64,000 nt of DNA, taken from the NCBI GenBank assembly GCA_964624315.1, contig CAZUWJ010000001.1, forward strand, positions 21,160 through 85,159, given 5' to 3'. Of the stretch, positions 29,288-39,550 are shown one piece after another. This DNA comes from an uncultured Gammaproteobacteria bacterium (GTDB lineage: Bacteria; Patescibacteriota; Patescibacteriia; Magasanikbacterales; GWA2-37-8). The position numbers and the translations under genes were made by a program. Each line of letters opens with the position of its first letter. Position 1 is the first letter of the stretch. Below the pieces are notes generated by a model, which ran no database searches, was not told the DNA's origin, and saw nothing but the letters and a program-made list of their open reading frames with translations.

Positions 29288-29830
29288 TTATGCGGAAGCG
29301 GCAGTTTTACCAGCTTTACGACGTATAATTTCATCAGTATATTTAATACCTTTACCTTTGTAAGGTTCTGGTTTTCTAATTGATCTAATATTAGCAGCTA
29401 CTTCACCCACTACTTGCTTATCAATACCTTCAATAGTAACAACATTCTTTTCAACTGTAAAAGTTATATCTGGAACAACTTTAACATCTACTGGATGAGA
29501 ATAACCGGCTTCTACTTTTAAATCTTTACCATTCAAAGTAATTTTATAACCAACTCCGTTTATCTCTAGCTGTTTTTTAAAACCTTCAGTAACTCCGATT
29601 ATCATGTTTTGCAAAAGGCTAGAATATGTTCCCCACAAAGCACGCTCTGTCTTATCGGTTTCTTTTTTAACAACAACTTTAGCCTCTTGTCCATTTATAT
29701 CTATACTAACAAGAGAATTTAATTTTTGTTTTAATTCACCTTTTGGGCCTTTAACAATCAAAACACCATCTTTTACTTCCAAAGTAACTCCAGCAGGGAT
29801 TTGTCTAATTGTTTTTCCTATACGTGACAT
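29288..29830 (-). CDS. rplF: 50S ribosomal protein L6
   Basis: MSRIGK, RKPEPYKGKGI. Confidence 0.97.
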   Translation of the reverse strand: MSRIGKTIRQIPAGVTLEVKDGVLIVKGPKGELKQKLNSLVSIDINGQEAKVVVKKETDKTERALWGTYSSLLQNMIIGVTEGFKKQLEINGVGYKITLNGKDLKVEAGYSHPVDVKVVPDITFTVEKNVVTIEGIDKQVVGEVAANIRSIRKPEPYKGKGIKYTDEIIRRKAGKTAASA

Positions 29831-29844
29831 AATTTATAAATTAA

Positions 29845-30234
29845 TTACCAAACTTCACAGATTAACTCTCCACCCAGTTGTTGTTTGCGAGCATCTCTGG
29901 TGGTCATAACACCTTTTGGAGTAGAAATTATAGCCATACCATAGCCATTTAAAACTCTTTCAATATCTTTGGCTTTTATATAACGACGATGGCCTGGCTT
30001 ACTTATTCTTTTAAGACTAGTAATGGTTGAACTTTTTCCTTTGTATCTCAAAACCACCTGCAAATCAGCATGTTTGCCTTCAATTTTGCTTATCTCTCCG
30101 ATATAACCTTCTTTGGCTAAAATATCTAAAATAGATTTTTTAGTTTTAGAATAAGGAATAACCACTTCTTTTTTGTGGGCCATAAAGGCATTTCGGATTC
30201 TGGTTAACATGTCAGCTATTGGGTCTGTCATCAT
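29845..30234 (-). CDS. rpsH: 30S ribosomal protein S8
   Basis: DPIADMLTRIRNA, GGELICEVW. Confidence 0.97.
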   Translation of the reverse strand: MMTDPIADMLTRIRNAFMAHKKEVVIPYSKTKKSILDILAKEGYIGEISKIEGKHADLQVVLRYKGKSSTITSLKRISKPGHRRYIKAKDIERVLNGYGMAIISTPKGVMTTRDARKQQLGGELICEVW

Positions 30235-30302
30235 AGGTGTTTATTATTTTGTTTATTATTTTTTATTATTTTTAAATAGTTTATCAATGCGCCTTAAATG
30301 AA

Positions 30303-30488
30303 CTACCAACTGGATTTTCTTACTCCAGGGATTTTACCATCATTGGCAAGCTCTCTAAAACAGATACGGCATAAACCGAATTTTCTCATAAATCCTCGTT
30401 TGCGACCACACTTCCAACAACGTCTAACAATTCTGGTAGAGTATTTTGGTGTTTTCTTTGATTTTGCTATTTGTGCTTTAGTAGCCAT
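30303..30488 (-). CDS. rpsN: 30S ribosomal protein S14 (zinc-binding type Z)
   Basis: [17 protein letters not shown]. Confidence 0.96.
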   Translation of the reverse strand: MATKAQIAKSKKTPKYSTRIVRRCWKCGRKRGFMRKFGLCRICFRELANDGKIPGVRKSSW

Positions 30489-30497
30489 AATAAATAC

Positions 30498-31040
30498 TTA
30501 TTTTACAAATGGGAAACCTAATTTTTTAAGCAAAGCTTTAGCTTCTTCTTTATTTTTTGCATTAGTGCTAATAACTACTTCTAAACCATGTATTTTATCT
30601 ATCTCATCAGCTTTCACTTCTGGAAAAGATAAATTTTCTCTGAAACCATAAGAAAAATTACCTTGTCTATCAAAACCCTTGTCAGTTATTCCTCTAAAAT
30701 CACGAATACGAGGGTAAGCAATTTTCACTAATTTTTCTAAAAAATCATACATTCTCTTCCCGCGTAAGGTAACTTTTACACCCACATCCATACCTTCTCT
30801 TAGCTTAAAATTTGAAATAGCTTTTTTAGCTTTAGTTCTAACTGTTTTTTGACCAGTAATTTTTTGTAAAGTTTTTTCTACTGTTTCAATAAAATTAGCT
30901 TCTTTTGCCATTTTACCAACACCAGAATTAACAGTCACTTTTAAAATCTTTGGTACTTGCATTACATTCTTATAACCAAATTCTTCTTTTAAGGCTGATA
31001 CTACTTCTTTTTTATATTGTTTATATAAATTATTTTCCAT
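30498..31040 (-). CDS. rplE: 50S ribosomal protein L5
   Basis: ITGQK, PRIRDFRG, DRQGNFS. Confidence 0.97.
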   Translation of the reverse strand: MENNLYKQYKKEVVSALKEEFGYKNVMQVPKILKVTVNSGVGKMAKEANFIETVEKTLQKITGQKTVRTKAKKAISNFKLREGMDVGVKVTLRGKRMYDFLEKLVKIAYPRIRDFRGITDKGFDRQGNFSYGFRENLSFPEVKADEIDKIHGLEVVISTNAKNKEEAKALLKKLGFPFVK

Positions 31041-31044
31041 ATTA

Positions 31045-31353
31045 TTAGTCTATTACTTCTTTACATTTACCACAAACTCTTTTTTTATCTTCACCTTCTT
31101 TTTTAAAACCAATTCTAGCTGGCACCCCACATTTTGGGCAAACAAGCATTACATTACTAATATTAATTGGTGCTGACAATTCAATAATTTGTCCTTTTTC
31201 CCCAGCTTTTGAAGCACGTAAATGTTTCTTCATGATATTTAAACCTTCAACAACCACTCTATCAATTTTTGGGAAAACCTGAATAACCTTTCCAGTTTTA
31301 CCTGCATCTTTACCAGTTGTAACTTTTACTTTATCATTTGTTTTGATTTTCAT
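31045..31353 (-). CDS. rplX: 50S ribosomal protein L24
   Basis: KOW motif GKDAGKTGKV, SNVML. Confidence 0.96.
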   Translation of the reverse strand: MKIKTNDKVKVTTGKDAGKTGKVIQVFPKIDRVVVEGLNIMKKHLRASKAGEKGQIIELSAPINISNVMLVCPKCGVPARIGFKKEGEDKKRVCGKCKEVID

Positions 31354-31368
31354 AAAACTATATTTATT

Positions 31369-31740
31369 TTACAAAACTTCTGGAGCCAAAGAAACTATCT
31401 TTTGAAAACCTTTAACTCTTAATTCTCTGGCAACAGGCCCAAAAATACGTGTACCTTTAGGCTCTTTTGTCTTACGATCAATAATCACAGCTGCATTTTC
31501 ATCAAATCTTACATAAGTTCCATCTTTTCTACCAATTTCTTTTTTTTGTCTAACTATAACAGCATGTATTACTTCACCTTTTTTAACTTGCCCACGAGGA
31601 GCAGCTTCTTTTACAGCACAAGTAACAACATCGCCTATTCTAGCATAGCGTTTTTTATAACCTCCAAGTACCCTAATACACTGCAATTTTTTTGCACCAC
31701 TGTTATCGGCTACTTTTATCATTGAACGATGTTGTATCAT
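31369..31740 (-). CDS. rplN: 50S ribosomal protein L14
   Basis: [27 protein letters not shown]. Confidence 0.97.
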   Translation of the reverse strand: MIQHRSMIKVADNSGAKKLQCIRVLGGYKKRYARIGDVVTCAVKEAAPRGQVKKGEVIHAVIVRQKKEIGRKDGTYVRFDENAAVIIDRKTKEPKGTRIFGPVARELRVKGFQKIVSLAPEVL

Positions 31741-31763
31741 ATTAACAATTTACTATACAATAA

Positions 31764-32018
31764 TTATTTTGACAAAACTTTAGTTAAATACCATTTTTTT
31801 GTTTTTGAAAGAGGACGACATTCAGTAAATTCTACCATATCACCAACTTTGGCTATTCCCTTTTCATCATGAACATGATATTTATGACTAACTTTGATAG
31901 CTTTTTGGTATTTTTTAATAGGCTTCATCCTATTAACATTAACAGTAATAGTCTTTTCCATTAAAGTTGAAATTACTTCACCTGTGAATACTCTTTTAAT
32001 TATTTTACTATTTTCCAT
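31764..32018 (-). CDS. rpsQ: 30S ribosomal protein S17
   Basis: HDE..GD.V..ECRPLSKTKKW. Confidence 0.96.
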   Translation of the reverse strand: MENSKIIKRVFTGEVISTLMEKTITVNVNRMKPIKKYQKAIKVSHKYHVHDEKGIAKVGDMVEFTECRPLSKTKKWYLTKVLSK

Positions 32019-32028
32019 AAAATTATAC

Positions 32029-32214
32029 TTATTTGCTTTCTTTCAAAGCAGTTAAGACTCTTGAAATATCTCTTTTTATTTGCTTTATTTTATGCACCTG
32101 TTTCAACTGGTGACTAAAAGCACTAAAACGTAAATTCCTCAACCCTTCTCTTTTTTCCAAAAGCATTTCATTTAAATCTTTCTTTGTTTTATTTTTTAAA
32201 TCAATGTAATCCAT
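32029..32214 (-). CDS. rpmC: 50S ribosomal protein L29
   Basis: LRNLRF..HKIKQIKRDISRVLT; position after rplP; start set to ATG 32214. Confidence 0.92.
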   Translation of the reverse strand: MDYIDLKNKTKKDLNEMLLEKREGLRNLRFSAFSHQLKQVHKIKQIKRDISRVLTALKESK

Positions 32215-32218
32215 ATAT

Positions 32219-32632
32219 TTAATTCTTTTCTGCAAAAGTTGCTTTAACGCTCAATTTATAACCAGCTAATTTAATAGCTTCTTGAGCAGTTTTTTTATCA
32301 ATGCCTGATAGTTCAAACAACACTGTACCTGGTTTCACAACACAGACATAGTGATCCGGTGCACCCTTACCAGAACCCATAGGGGTTTCATTACCTTTTT
32401 TTGTTACTGGTTTATCAGGAAAAATTCTAATCCACATCTTACCTGTTTTACGAACATAACGAGTCAAAACACGACGAGTAGCTTCTATTTCTCTACTACT
32501 AAGCCAACCATAACCAAGACTTTTAATAGCAAATTCACCAAAAGATACTTTGTTAGCACGGGTAGCCACGCCTTTTTGGCGACGACGTCCTTTGTGCCAT
32601 TTTCTGTGTTTTACTTTCTTAGGTAACAACAT
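32219..32632 (-). CDS. rplP: 50S ribosomal protein L16
   Basis: MLLPKKVKHRK, WIRIFPDKP, MGSGKG. Confidence 0.97.
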   Translation of the reverse strand: MLLPKKVKHRKWHKGRRRQKGVATRANKVSFGEFAIKSLGYGWLSSREIEATRRVLTRYVRKTGKMWIRIFPDKPVTKKGNETPMGSGKGAPDHYVCVVKPGTVLFELSGIDKKTAQEAIKLAGYKLSVKATFAEKN

Positions 32633-32637
32633 ATTGA

Positions 32638-33309
32638 TTATTTATTCTCTTCTTTTTTAAATTTTTCTTTTCTGCCAAAAGTTTCACCATGATAAACCCA
32701 AACTTTAACACCAATCTTACCAAAAATAGTTTGAGCTTCTACAAAAGCATAGTCCACATCACTACGTAAAGTGATTAAGGACATTTTACCAGCACTTAAT
32801 TTTTCAGTTCTGGCAATCTCAACTCCATTTAAACGACCAGCCATACAAATCTTCACTCCTTTAGCACCAGCATTCATAACTCTATCAATAGCTTGTTTCA
32901 TTACTCTTCTAAACGGAATACGTCTTTCTATCTCTAAAGCAGTAGTTGTAGCTATAACTTTAGCAGACAAAGCTGGCTGTTTTAAAGCCTGAACATTCAT
33001 TCTCACTTTTATTTTAAACTGTAAAATATTTTTCTCAATGTGTTTTCTTAATTCTTCCAAACCTTGACCATTACGTCCAATAATCATACCTGGTTTAGCA
33101 GCTAAAATAGTAATTGACACATCCCTCAAAGTTCTTTCAATACCAATAGCATCAATACCAGATTCTTTTAATTTTTTTTCTAAATATTCACGTATTTTAA
33201 TATCTTGCTCTAATAACAAAGCTCCTTTGTTCTTTTTGGCGAACCATTTTGAATCCCAAGTAAAAACTATAGGAGTTCTGTAAATTTTAGGATGTACTTT
33301 ATGACCCAT
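32638..33309 (-). CDS. rpsC: 30S ribosomal protein S3
   Basis: MGHKVHP, GRLNGVEIAR, GKIGVKVW. Confidence 0.97.
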   Translation of the reverse strand: MGHKVHPKIYRTPIVFTWDSKWFAKKNKGALLLEQDIKIREYLEKKLKESGIDAIGIERTLRDVSITILAAKPGMIIGRNGQGLEELRKHIEKNILQFKIKVRMNVQALKQPALSAKVIATTTALEIERRIPFRRVMKQAIDRVMNAGAKGVKICMAGRLNGVEIARTEKLSAGKMSLITLRSDVDYAFVEAQTIFGKIGVKVWVYHGETFGRKEKFKKEENK

Positions 33310-33318
33310 AAAATTATG

Positions 33319-33783
33319 TTATTTCTTATCTTCTTTTTTAGTAGTTTTTTTAACAGCTTCTTTCTTCTCTGGATCTTTATCTTTTTTAACAGGCTCTTCC
33401 TTTTCTGAGGCTTTTTCTTTTTTAACAGCCTTTTTCTTCTCTGGAGCTTCTCCTAATAGAAAAATATTAATATGAGAAGTTCTTTTTCTTATACTAGTAG
33501 CTCTACCCTGAGCACGTGGCATCCATCTTTTTAAAATCGGGCCTTCGTCAACTGTAATTTTTGTAATTACCAAATCTTCTTTTTTCATTTCATAGTTATG
33601 TTCAGCATTAGCAATAGCTGATAACATTAATTTCAAAACTGGACGAGCGGCTTTTTTATTTAAAACACGCAAAATATTTTCAGATTCGACTACTTGTCTG
33701 CCTCTAATTAAATCAGCAACCAAACGAACCTTACGTGGGCCTATTCTTAAAAATCTTAATTTTGCTTTTACTTCTTGTTGCAT
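33319..33783 (-). CDS. rplV: 50S ribosomal protein L22
   Basis: [26 protein letters not shown]. Confidence 0.97.
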   Translation of the reverse strand: MQQEVKAKLRFLRIGPRKVRLVADLIRGRQVVESENILRVLNKKAARPVLKLMLSAIANAEHNYEMKKEDLVITKITVDEGPILKRWMPRAQGRATSIRKRTSHINIFLLGEAPEKKKAVKKEKASEKEEPVKKDKDPEKKEAVKKTTKKEDKK

Positions 33784-33788
33784 ATTGA

Positions 33789-34076
33789 TTATTTACCTTT
33801 AGCTTGAACCTTAGCCATTCTACCACCATGACTTACAAATTTACGAGTAGGTGAAAATTCTCCTAAACGATGGCCTACCATATTTTCTTCTACATAGACA
33901 GAAATAAAATCCCTACCATTGTGTACTAAAAAAGTAACACCAACCATCTCAGGAGAAATAACACAAGCACGAGACCAAGTTTTGATCGGAGTTTTTTTAC
34001 CTTCGACCTTAGCTTTTTCTACTTTTTGTAATATTCTCGGGTCAACGTAAGGACCTTTTTTAAGACTTCTACTCAT
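33789..34076 (-). CDS. rpsS: 30S ribosomal protein S19
   Basis: [25 protein letters not shown]. Confidence 0.97.
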   Translation of the reverse strand: MSRSLKKGPYVDPRILQKVEKAKVEGKKTPIKTWSRACVISPEMVGVTFLVHNGRDFISVYVEENMVGHRLGEFSPTRKFVSHGGRMAKVQAKGK

Positions 34077-34085
34077 ATTTTTATT

Positions 34086-34934
34086 TTATTTTCTCTTTTT
34101 AGTTCTTTTTTGGATAATTAATTTTCCAGTCCATTTCTTTTTATTTCTAGTCTTTACACCCAAAGCTGTCTTGCCATAAATATTTTGTGGACCACGTTTC
34201 TGACCAATCGGACTATGACCTTCACCACCACCATGAGGATGATCACAAGGGTTCATATTCTTACCTTTAACAGTCGGACGAACACCCATAAGTCTCTTTC
34301 TACCAGCCTTGCCCCAACGAATCAATCTATAATCAGCGTTACCAACAGTACCAACAGAGGCCATATTAGACTTTAGAATTGAACGTATTTCTCCTGAGGG
34401 CAATTTTATTTGAGCATATTTTCCTTCAATACCTAATAATTGAGCTCCAACACCGGCTCCACGAGCCAACTGACCACCTTTACCAGGAGATACTTCTATG
34501 CTGTAAATCAATAAACCAACTGGAATATTTTCTAAAGGCATACGAGCAGCAGTAGTAGCTTCTATCTTATTTTTAGAAGACATTACTTTATCTCCTACTT
34601 TTAAGCCTTGCGGACATAAAATATAGGATTTAGTTCCATCAGCATACTCAATCAAAGCAACTCTTGGACCACGATTCGGATCATATTCTATTGCTGTCAC
34701 TTCTGCTTCTTCATCCAGTTTGGCAACTCTCTTAAAATCAACTACCCTGTAATATCTTTTAACTCCACCACCTTTATGCCTAACTGTTATTTTACCTTGA
34801 TTATTTCTACCTGATTTTATTTTTATAATTTTAACCAAACTTTTTTCCGGTTCTGTTTTTGTAATATCATCAAAAGCGTCAACACTTGATTTGCGACGTC
34901 CCGGAGTTGTTGGTTTATAAACTTTAATAGCCAT
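34086..34934 (-). CDS. rplB: 50S ribosomal protein L2
   Basis: GRNNQGKIT, EYDPNR, MNPCDHPHGGGEG. Confidence 0.97.
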   Translation of the reverse strand: MAIKVYKPTTPGRRKSSVDAFDDITKTEPEKSLVKIIKIKSGRNNQGKITVRHKGGGVKRYYRVVDFKRVAKLDEEAEVTAIEYDPNRGPRVALIEYADGTKSYILCPQGLKVGDKVMSSKNKIEATTAARMPLENIPVGLLIYSIEVSPGKGGQLARGAGVGAQLLGIEGKYAQIKLPSGEIRSILKSNMASVGTVGNADYRLIRWGKAGRKRLMGVRPTVKGKNMNPCDHPHGGGEGHSPIGQKRGPQNIYGKTALGVKTRNKKKWTGKLIIQKRTKKRK

Positions 34935-34942
34935 ATTTGAAA

Positions 34943-35350
34943 TTAAACGCCTTCATGAATAGTAATGGTCTTGCCTTTTGGTAATGTTACAATAGCCTTT
35001 TTATAAGCTGACCTACGGCCACTCAACTTACCATATCTTTTTTTCTTTCCTTCAACATTAACAGTTCTAATATTAATCGTTTTCACTCCGTAAGTTTCTA
35101 AAATAGCTTTTTTAACATCTGTTTTGCTAGCCTTAATTGAAACAATAAAACTATATTTATTTTGTGATTCTGCAGTAGCGCTCTTTTCAGTAACTAAAGG
35201 ACGAACTAAAACTTTATAAGAGATATTACCACCTTTTACATTTTTAGTTTTAGAAACTGTTTTTACTTCCTTTTCATCAGTTGCTTTAACTGCTTTCTTT
35301 TCTTCTACAGCTTTATCTTTATTTTTTTTTATTTTTCCTAGCAAACCCAT
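34943..35350 (-). CDS. rplW: 50S ribosomal protein L23 with Lys-rich N-terminal extension
   Basis: PLVTEKS, KKAIVTL. Confidence 0.95.
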   Translation of the reverse strand: MGLLGKIKKNKDKAVEEKKAVKATDEKEVKTVSKTKNVKGGNISYKVLVRPLVTEKSATAESQNKYSFIVSIKASKTDVKKAILETYGVKTINIRTVNVEGKKKRYGKLSGRRSAYKKAIVTLPKGKTITIHEGV

Positions 35351-35351
35351 A

Positions 35352-35981
35352 TTATTTACTTAAGTTTTCTTCTAATTTATTAACACCCTCTTTAGAAATA
35401 ATCACACCTTGATTATTCAAAAGATCCATTAAATTTACATCTTCTGCTCTAACAGTCTTAATCTGTTGTAAATTATTAGTCATTTTTAAAACTTTATCAT
35501 CTTTGCCTTCAGTTAAAACTATAAATCTTTTATTTTTAGCTGGCAAATCTTTTAAAAATTTATCAAATGCTTTTGTTTTTTGTTCAGAAAAATCAAAGTT
35601 GTCTATTACCCAGAAAGCTTCATGAGTAACTTTATCAGACAAACACATCTTGATGGCTGCCTTTTTCATTTTTTTATTGATTTTATCTTTATAATTTCTA
35701 AGATTCAAAGGGCCAAAAGTGACACCGCCGCCTACCCACAAAGGTGAACGAATAGAACCATGACGAGCACGGCCAGTACCTTTTTGTTTCCAAGGTTTCT
35801 TACCACCGCCTCTAACCTCACTTTTATCTTTTGAGTGAGCCCATGGTTGTCTTTGGTTATTAGTTAAAGAAATAAACACTTGATGTACTACTTCAGGTTT
35901 AATTTCAACAGCAAAAACTTCGTCTTTCAAATCAATCTCGCCTGTTTCTTTGCCTAATAAATTATAAACTTTAGTTTTCAT
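35352..35981 (-). CDS. rplD: 50S ribosomal protein L4
   Basis: KPWKQKGTGRARHGS.RSP.W.GGG; start set to ATG 35981. Confidence 0.96.
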   Translation of the reverse strand: MKTKVYNLLGKETGEIDLKDEVFAVEIKPEVVHQVFISLTNNQRQPWAHSKDKSEVRGGGKKPWKQKGTGRARHGSIRSPLWVGGGVTFGPLNLRNYKDKINKKMKKAAIKMCLSDKVTHEAFWVIDNFDFSEQKTKAFDKFLKDLPAKNKRFIVLTEGKDDKVLKMTNNLQQIKTVRAEDVNLMDLLNNQGVIISKEGVNKLEENLSK

Positions 35982-35985
35982 AAAA

Positions 35986-36765
35986 TTATTTACTTTCTTC
36001 AACTGCCTCAGCCTTAGCTTCAGCTGGTTTTTCTGCCACAACTTCATCAGAAGCAGGGACTTTTTCTTCTTCTTTTTTTACCCCAGTACTAGACTCTTTG
36101 CCAGCTGGCAAATCGTCAGTGCGGGACTTCGCTTCGCTCGCTTCCTGTTTTTCTTGTTTAATTTTCAAATCGCCTTCAGCAAAAATTTCTAAATATCCTT
36201 GTTTTGCACCTGGAACAGCTCCTCTAACATACAAGGCATTATCTTCAAAATCGATTTTTATAATTTCTAAATTTTTAACAGTAACTTGATCACCACCCAT
36301 ACGTCCGCCCATTTTCATACCTTTGAAAACTTTTTGTGGACCAGTAGCACCAATTGAACCAGGCATTCTATTTTGATGTTTTTGACCATGTGATGCTGGG
36401 CCACATTTAAAATTATAACGTTTCATAACACCAGCAAAGCCTTTTCCTTTTGAAACACCAGTAATAGCGATCTTTTCACCCTCAACAAAAGCACTCAAAT
36501 CTACATAATCACCCTTTTTAAAACTATCAGTTTTTTCAACTTTAAATTCTCTTAATCTTCTAACTGGTTCCAAATCTTTCAAATGTCCTGATTTTGGTTT
36601 GTTTAAACGAAAACTTTTGGTTTTTCCGAAACCAACTTGAAGGGCATTATCTTTAATTTGTGTTATTTGACACGGACCAGCTTGAACTTTGGTAACAGCA
36701 ACTGCTTCACCATTATCTTTGAAGATCTGTGTCATGCCTAATTTTTTACCTAAAATAAATTTCAT
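35986..36765 (-). CDS. rplC: 50S ribosomal protein L3 with repeat-containing C-terminal tail
   Basis: GKKLGMTQIF, SKGKGFAG, PGSIG; start set to ATG 36765. Confidence 0.96.
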   Translation of the reverse strand: MKFILGKKLGMTQIFKDNGEAVAVTKVQAGPCQITQIKDNALQVGFGKTKSFRLNKPKSGHLKDLEPVRRLREFKVEKTDSFKKGDYVDLSAFVEGEKIAITGVSKGKGFAGVMKRYNFKCGPASHGQKHQNRMPGSIGATGPQKVFKGMKMGGRMGGDQVTVKNLEIIKIDFEDNALYVRGAVPGAKQGYLEIFAEGDLKIKQEKQEASEAKSRTDDLPAGKESSTGVKKEEEKVPASDEVVAEKPAEAKAEAVEESK

Positions 36766-37083
36766 ATTTTTTGCCATTGGTCCAATAGGACTTAACTTTT
36801 TTAACAAAAAAACTAGAAGCAGTAGAATAAAATATTAGTCTCTTGCTTCTAGCCTTTTTGACGATTAATCAAAATTGGCTTATTACTTTTAAATTTCAAT
36901 AGTTTTCTCCTAAATTATTTTTCGCTTCGTACAAATGTTTTCCTACCGTTAACTAACGGGTTATGGATCTTATTTGTCAAGCAATAATAACCTTTTTTTA
37001 AAGTGCCCTAATTATAACAGAAAATAAATATACTGTCAATACTCTAAACAATGGAATTGTCCACTGTTTATTAACTTTTCAAT

Positions 37084-37431
37084 TTACATTTTTATTTCGA
37101 CATCTACGCCAGCTGGTAAACTCAAATTCATCAACGCATCAACACATTTAGGAGTAGCTTCTACAATATCTATCAATCTTTTATGGGTACGTATTTCAAA
37201 TTGTTCACGAGCAGTTTTGTGTACAAAAGTTGAACGATTAACAGTAACTTTGTTCTTTTCAGTTGGCAAAGGTACTGGACCGACTACTTTAGCACCATTT
37301 CTCAAAGCAGTGTCAATAATAGTTTTGGTAGCTTGATCAATAATACGGTTATCGTATGCTCTAATTTTAATTCTAATACGTGTACCTTCTCCTTCTTTTT
37401 CTTTTTCTTTTTTGTTATTTTCTACTGTCAT
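37084..37431 (-). CDS. rpsJ: 30S ribosomal protein S10 (NusE)
   Basis: [29 protein letters not shown]. Confidence 0.97.
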   Translation of the reverse strand: MTVENNKKEKEKEGEGTRIRIKIRAYDNRIIDQATKTIIDTALRNGAKVVGPVPLPTEKNKVTVNRSTFVHKTAREQFEIRTHKRLIDIVEATPKCVDALMNLSLPAGVDVEIKM

Positions 37432-37503
37432 AGTGATTAAAGAACTTTATTAAATATCTCTGCCCCACCCGCCGTGGCGGACAGGGCAGATATATTTTTA
37501 GAT

Positions 37504-38694
37504 TTATTTAATAATTTTTGTTACAACACCAGCTCCTACTGTACGACCACCTTCGCGGATAGCAAAGTTCATATTTTCTTCCATAGCTACTGGTACAATT
37601 AATTTACACTTTAAATTTACTGTATCACCAGGCATAACCATTTCTGTGCCTTCAGGTAAAGTAACTTCACCAGTAACATCCGTAGTACGAATGTAAAACT
37701 GTGGTTTGTAGCCAGCAAAGAATGGTTTATGACGTCCACCTTCTTCTTTAGTCAAGATATAAACTTTGGTCTCAAATTCAGTATGAGGAGTAATCGTGCC
37801 AGGTTTAGCCAAAACCATACCACGTTCTACTTCATCTTTTTTTGTACCACGAAGAAGTATTCCTGCATTATCACCTGCTTGACCTTCTTTTAATTGCTTG
37901 TTAAACATTTCAATACCAGTAACAATTGTTTTTGAAGGCTCTTCTTTTAAACCTACCATTTCAACTTCGTCGTTGATATGTATAATACCACGATCAATAC
38001 GACCGGTTACCACTGTACCACGACCTTCAATTGAAAATACGTCTTCAATAGGCATTAAAAATTCTTTATCAGTAGCGCGTTCTGGTTCTGGAAAATATTC
38101 ATCCATTGTGTTTAATAATTCCATAATAGGCTTTGTAGCTTCTTCATCTTCTGGATTTTCTAAAGCTTTTAAAGCTGAACCACGAATAATAGGGGTTTTA
38201 TCTCCAGAAAATTTGTATTTTGTTAACAAATCTCTAATTTCTTCTTCAACTAAGTCAATAAGTTCTGGATCAGAAACTTGATCAACTTTATTCAAAAATA
38301 CTATAATATTAGGCACGCCTACTTGATAAGCAAGCAAGATGTGTTCACGAGTTTGAGGCATTGGACCGTCAGCAGCAGAAACTACTAAAACAGCACCGTC
38401 CATTTGGGCAGCACCAGTAATCATGTTTTTGACATAGTCAGCATGACCTGGGCAATCAACATGAGCATAATGACGTTTTTCTGTTTCATATTCTACATGA
38501 GCTGTAGAAATAGTAATACCACGCTCTTTTTCTTCTGGAGCGGAATCGATCTCATCTACATTTTTAGTTTGAGCGATCAAACCTTTTGCAGCAGCTACCT
38601 TTAAAATAGCAGCCGTAAGAGTAGTCTTACCATGGTCAACGTGGCCGATAGTACCAACGTTAACATGTGGCTTATTACGTAAAAACTCAGCCAT
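37504..38694 (-). CDS. tuf: Elongation factor Tu
   Basis: [28 protein letters not shown]. Confidence 0.98.
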   Translation of the reverse strand: MAEFLRNKPHVNVGTIGHVDHGKTTLTAAILKVAAAKGLIAQTKNVDEIDSAPEEKERGITISTAHVEYETEKRHYAHVDCPGHADYVKNMITGAAQMDGAVLVVSAADGPMPQTREHILLAYQVGVPNIIVFLNKVDQVSDPELIDLVEEEIRDLLTKYKFSGDKTPIIRGSALKALENPEDEEATKPIMELLNTMDEYFPEPERATDKEFLMPIEDVFSIEGRGTVVTGRIDRGIIHINDEVEMVGLKEEPSKTIVTGIEMFNKQLKEGQAGDNAGILLRGTKKDEVERGMVLAKPGTITPHTEFETKVYILTKEEGGRHKPFFAGYKPQFYIRTTDVTGEVTLPEGTEMVMPGDTVNLKCKLIVPVAMEENMNFAIREGGRTVGAGVVTKIIK

Positions 38695-38894
38695 ACGAAC
38701 TTAGGTTATTGGCGGCTCTACTCTTGAGTGGTCAAGGCAGATTTGTAATCCAGCCGCTTTCATTTTATATATTAAAAGCACTTCAATTAAGAAGCGCTGT
38801 ATATTATACAAAAAAAACTTAGATAAGTCAATAGGCAAATATGGGGATAAAGTGTGCTTAAAAAGCCAACAAAACCTTTTGTTAAAAATCCTAT

Positions 38895-39431
38895 TTATTC
38901 AAGTGGCTCAATATAAAATTTATCCTCCTCAACATCGTCTTCTGGCAAGTCATCCAAAGGCTCTTCATCTATGATATTATCTACCAATGGCAAACTCTCG
39001 TCTCTTATTTCAGTTAATTCTTCTATTTTGATTTCTTCACTTTTTTCGCTATTTTTAGGCAAATTTTCCATATCAGCTACTGGTAAAATACCATCTTTAA
39101 TCTCTTCTGGCTCTACTTCTTTATTATGATCTTCAAAATCTTTACCATAATCATTGTGAATACCGTTGGCTTGTTTCCAGCGAGTAATATCATCGTCTAT
39201 CTTTTCAAATAATTCTTCTTCACTCAATCCTGTTAATGGATCTGTGCCTTCGTCCTCATCATCCTCATCATCAAAGTCAGGTTCAAAATCATAGGCATCG
39301 TCATGCATTAATTCATAATCTTCTAAATCTAAAATTGCAAAAGCCCGATCTGTTTCTTTATCTAAGACAATAAATTTATCTCCAGTTTTATCAACTAGTT
39401 TTAAGATTCTATTTAGTTGTTCATTTTTCAT
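38895..39431 (-). CDS. Hypothetical highly acidic protein
   Basis: 178 aa; N-terminal KTGDKFIV domain, D/E-rich body, C-terminal FYIEPLE. Confidence 0.7.
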   Translation of the reverse strand: MKNEQLNRILKLVDKTGDKFIVLDKETDRAFAILDLEDYELMHDDAYDFEPDFDDEDDEDEGTDPLTGLSEEELFEKIDDDITRWKQANGIHNDYGKDFEDHNKEVEPEEIKDGILPVADMENLPKNSEKSEEIKIEELTEIRDESLPLVDNIIDEEPLDDLPEDDVEEDKFYIEPLE

Positions 39432-39550
39432 ATTTTATTTTTTAAGCAATTAAATTATAGCAGTATAAGGTTTTAAGTGTCAAGAAAAAAGAAACTGACG
39501 ACGTACGTACGAACGTACGTACGACGGAAGCACGAAATCTTCCTATTTTT

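Noticed and set aside
38711-38757. tRNA-Tyr-like words (GAGTGGTCAA..TGTAATCC) upstream of tuf
   Set aside because: No T arm or acceptor stem, and on the strand opposite tuf; more likely a leader hairpin or chance
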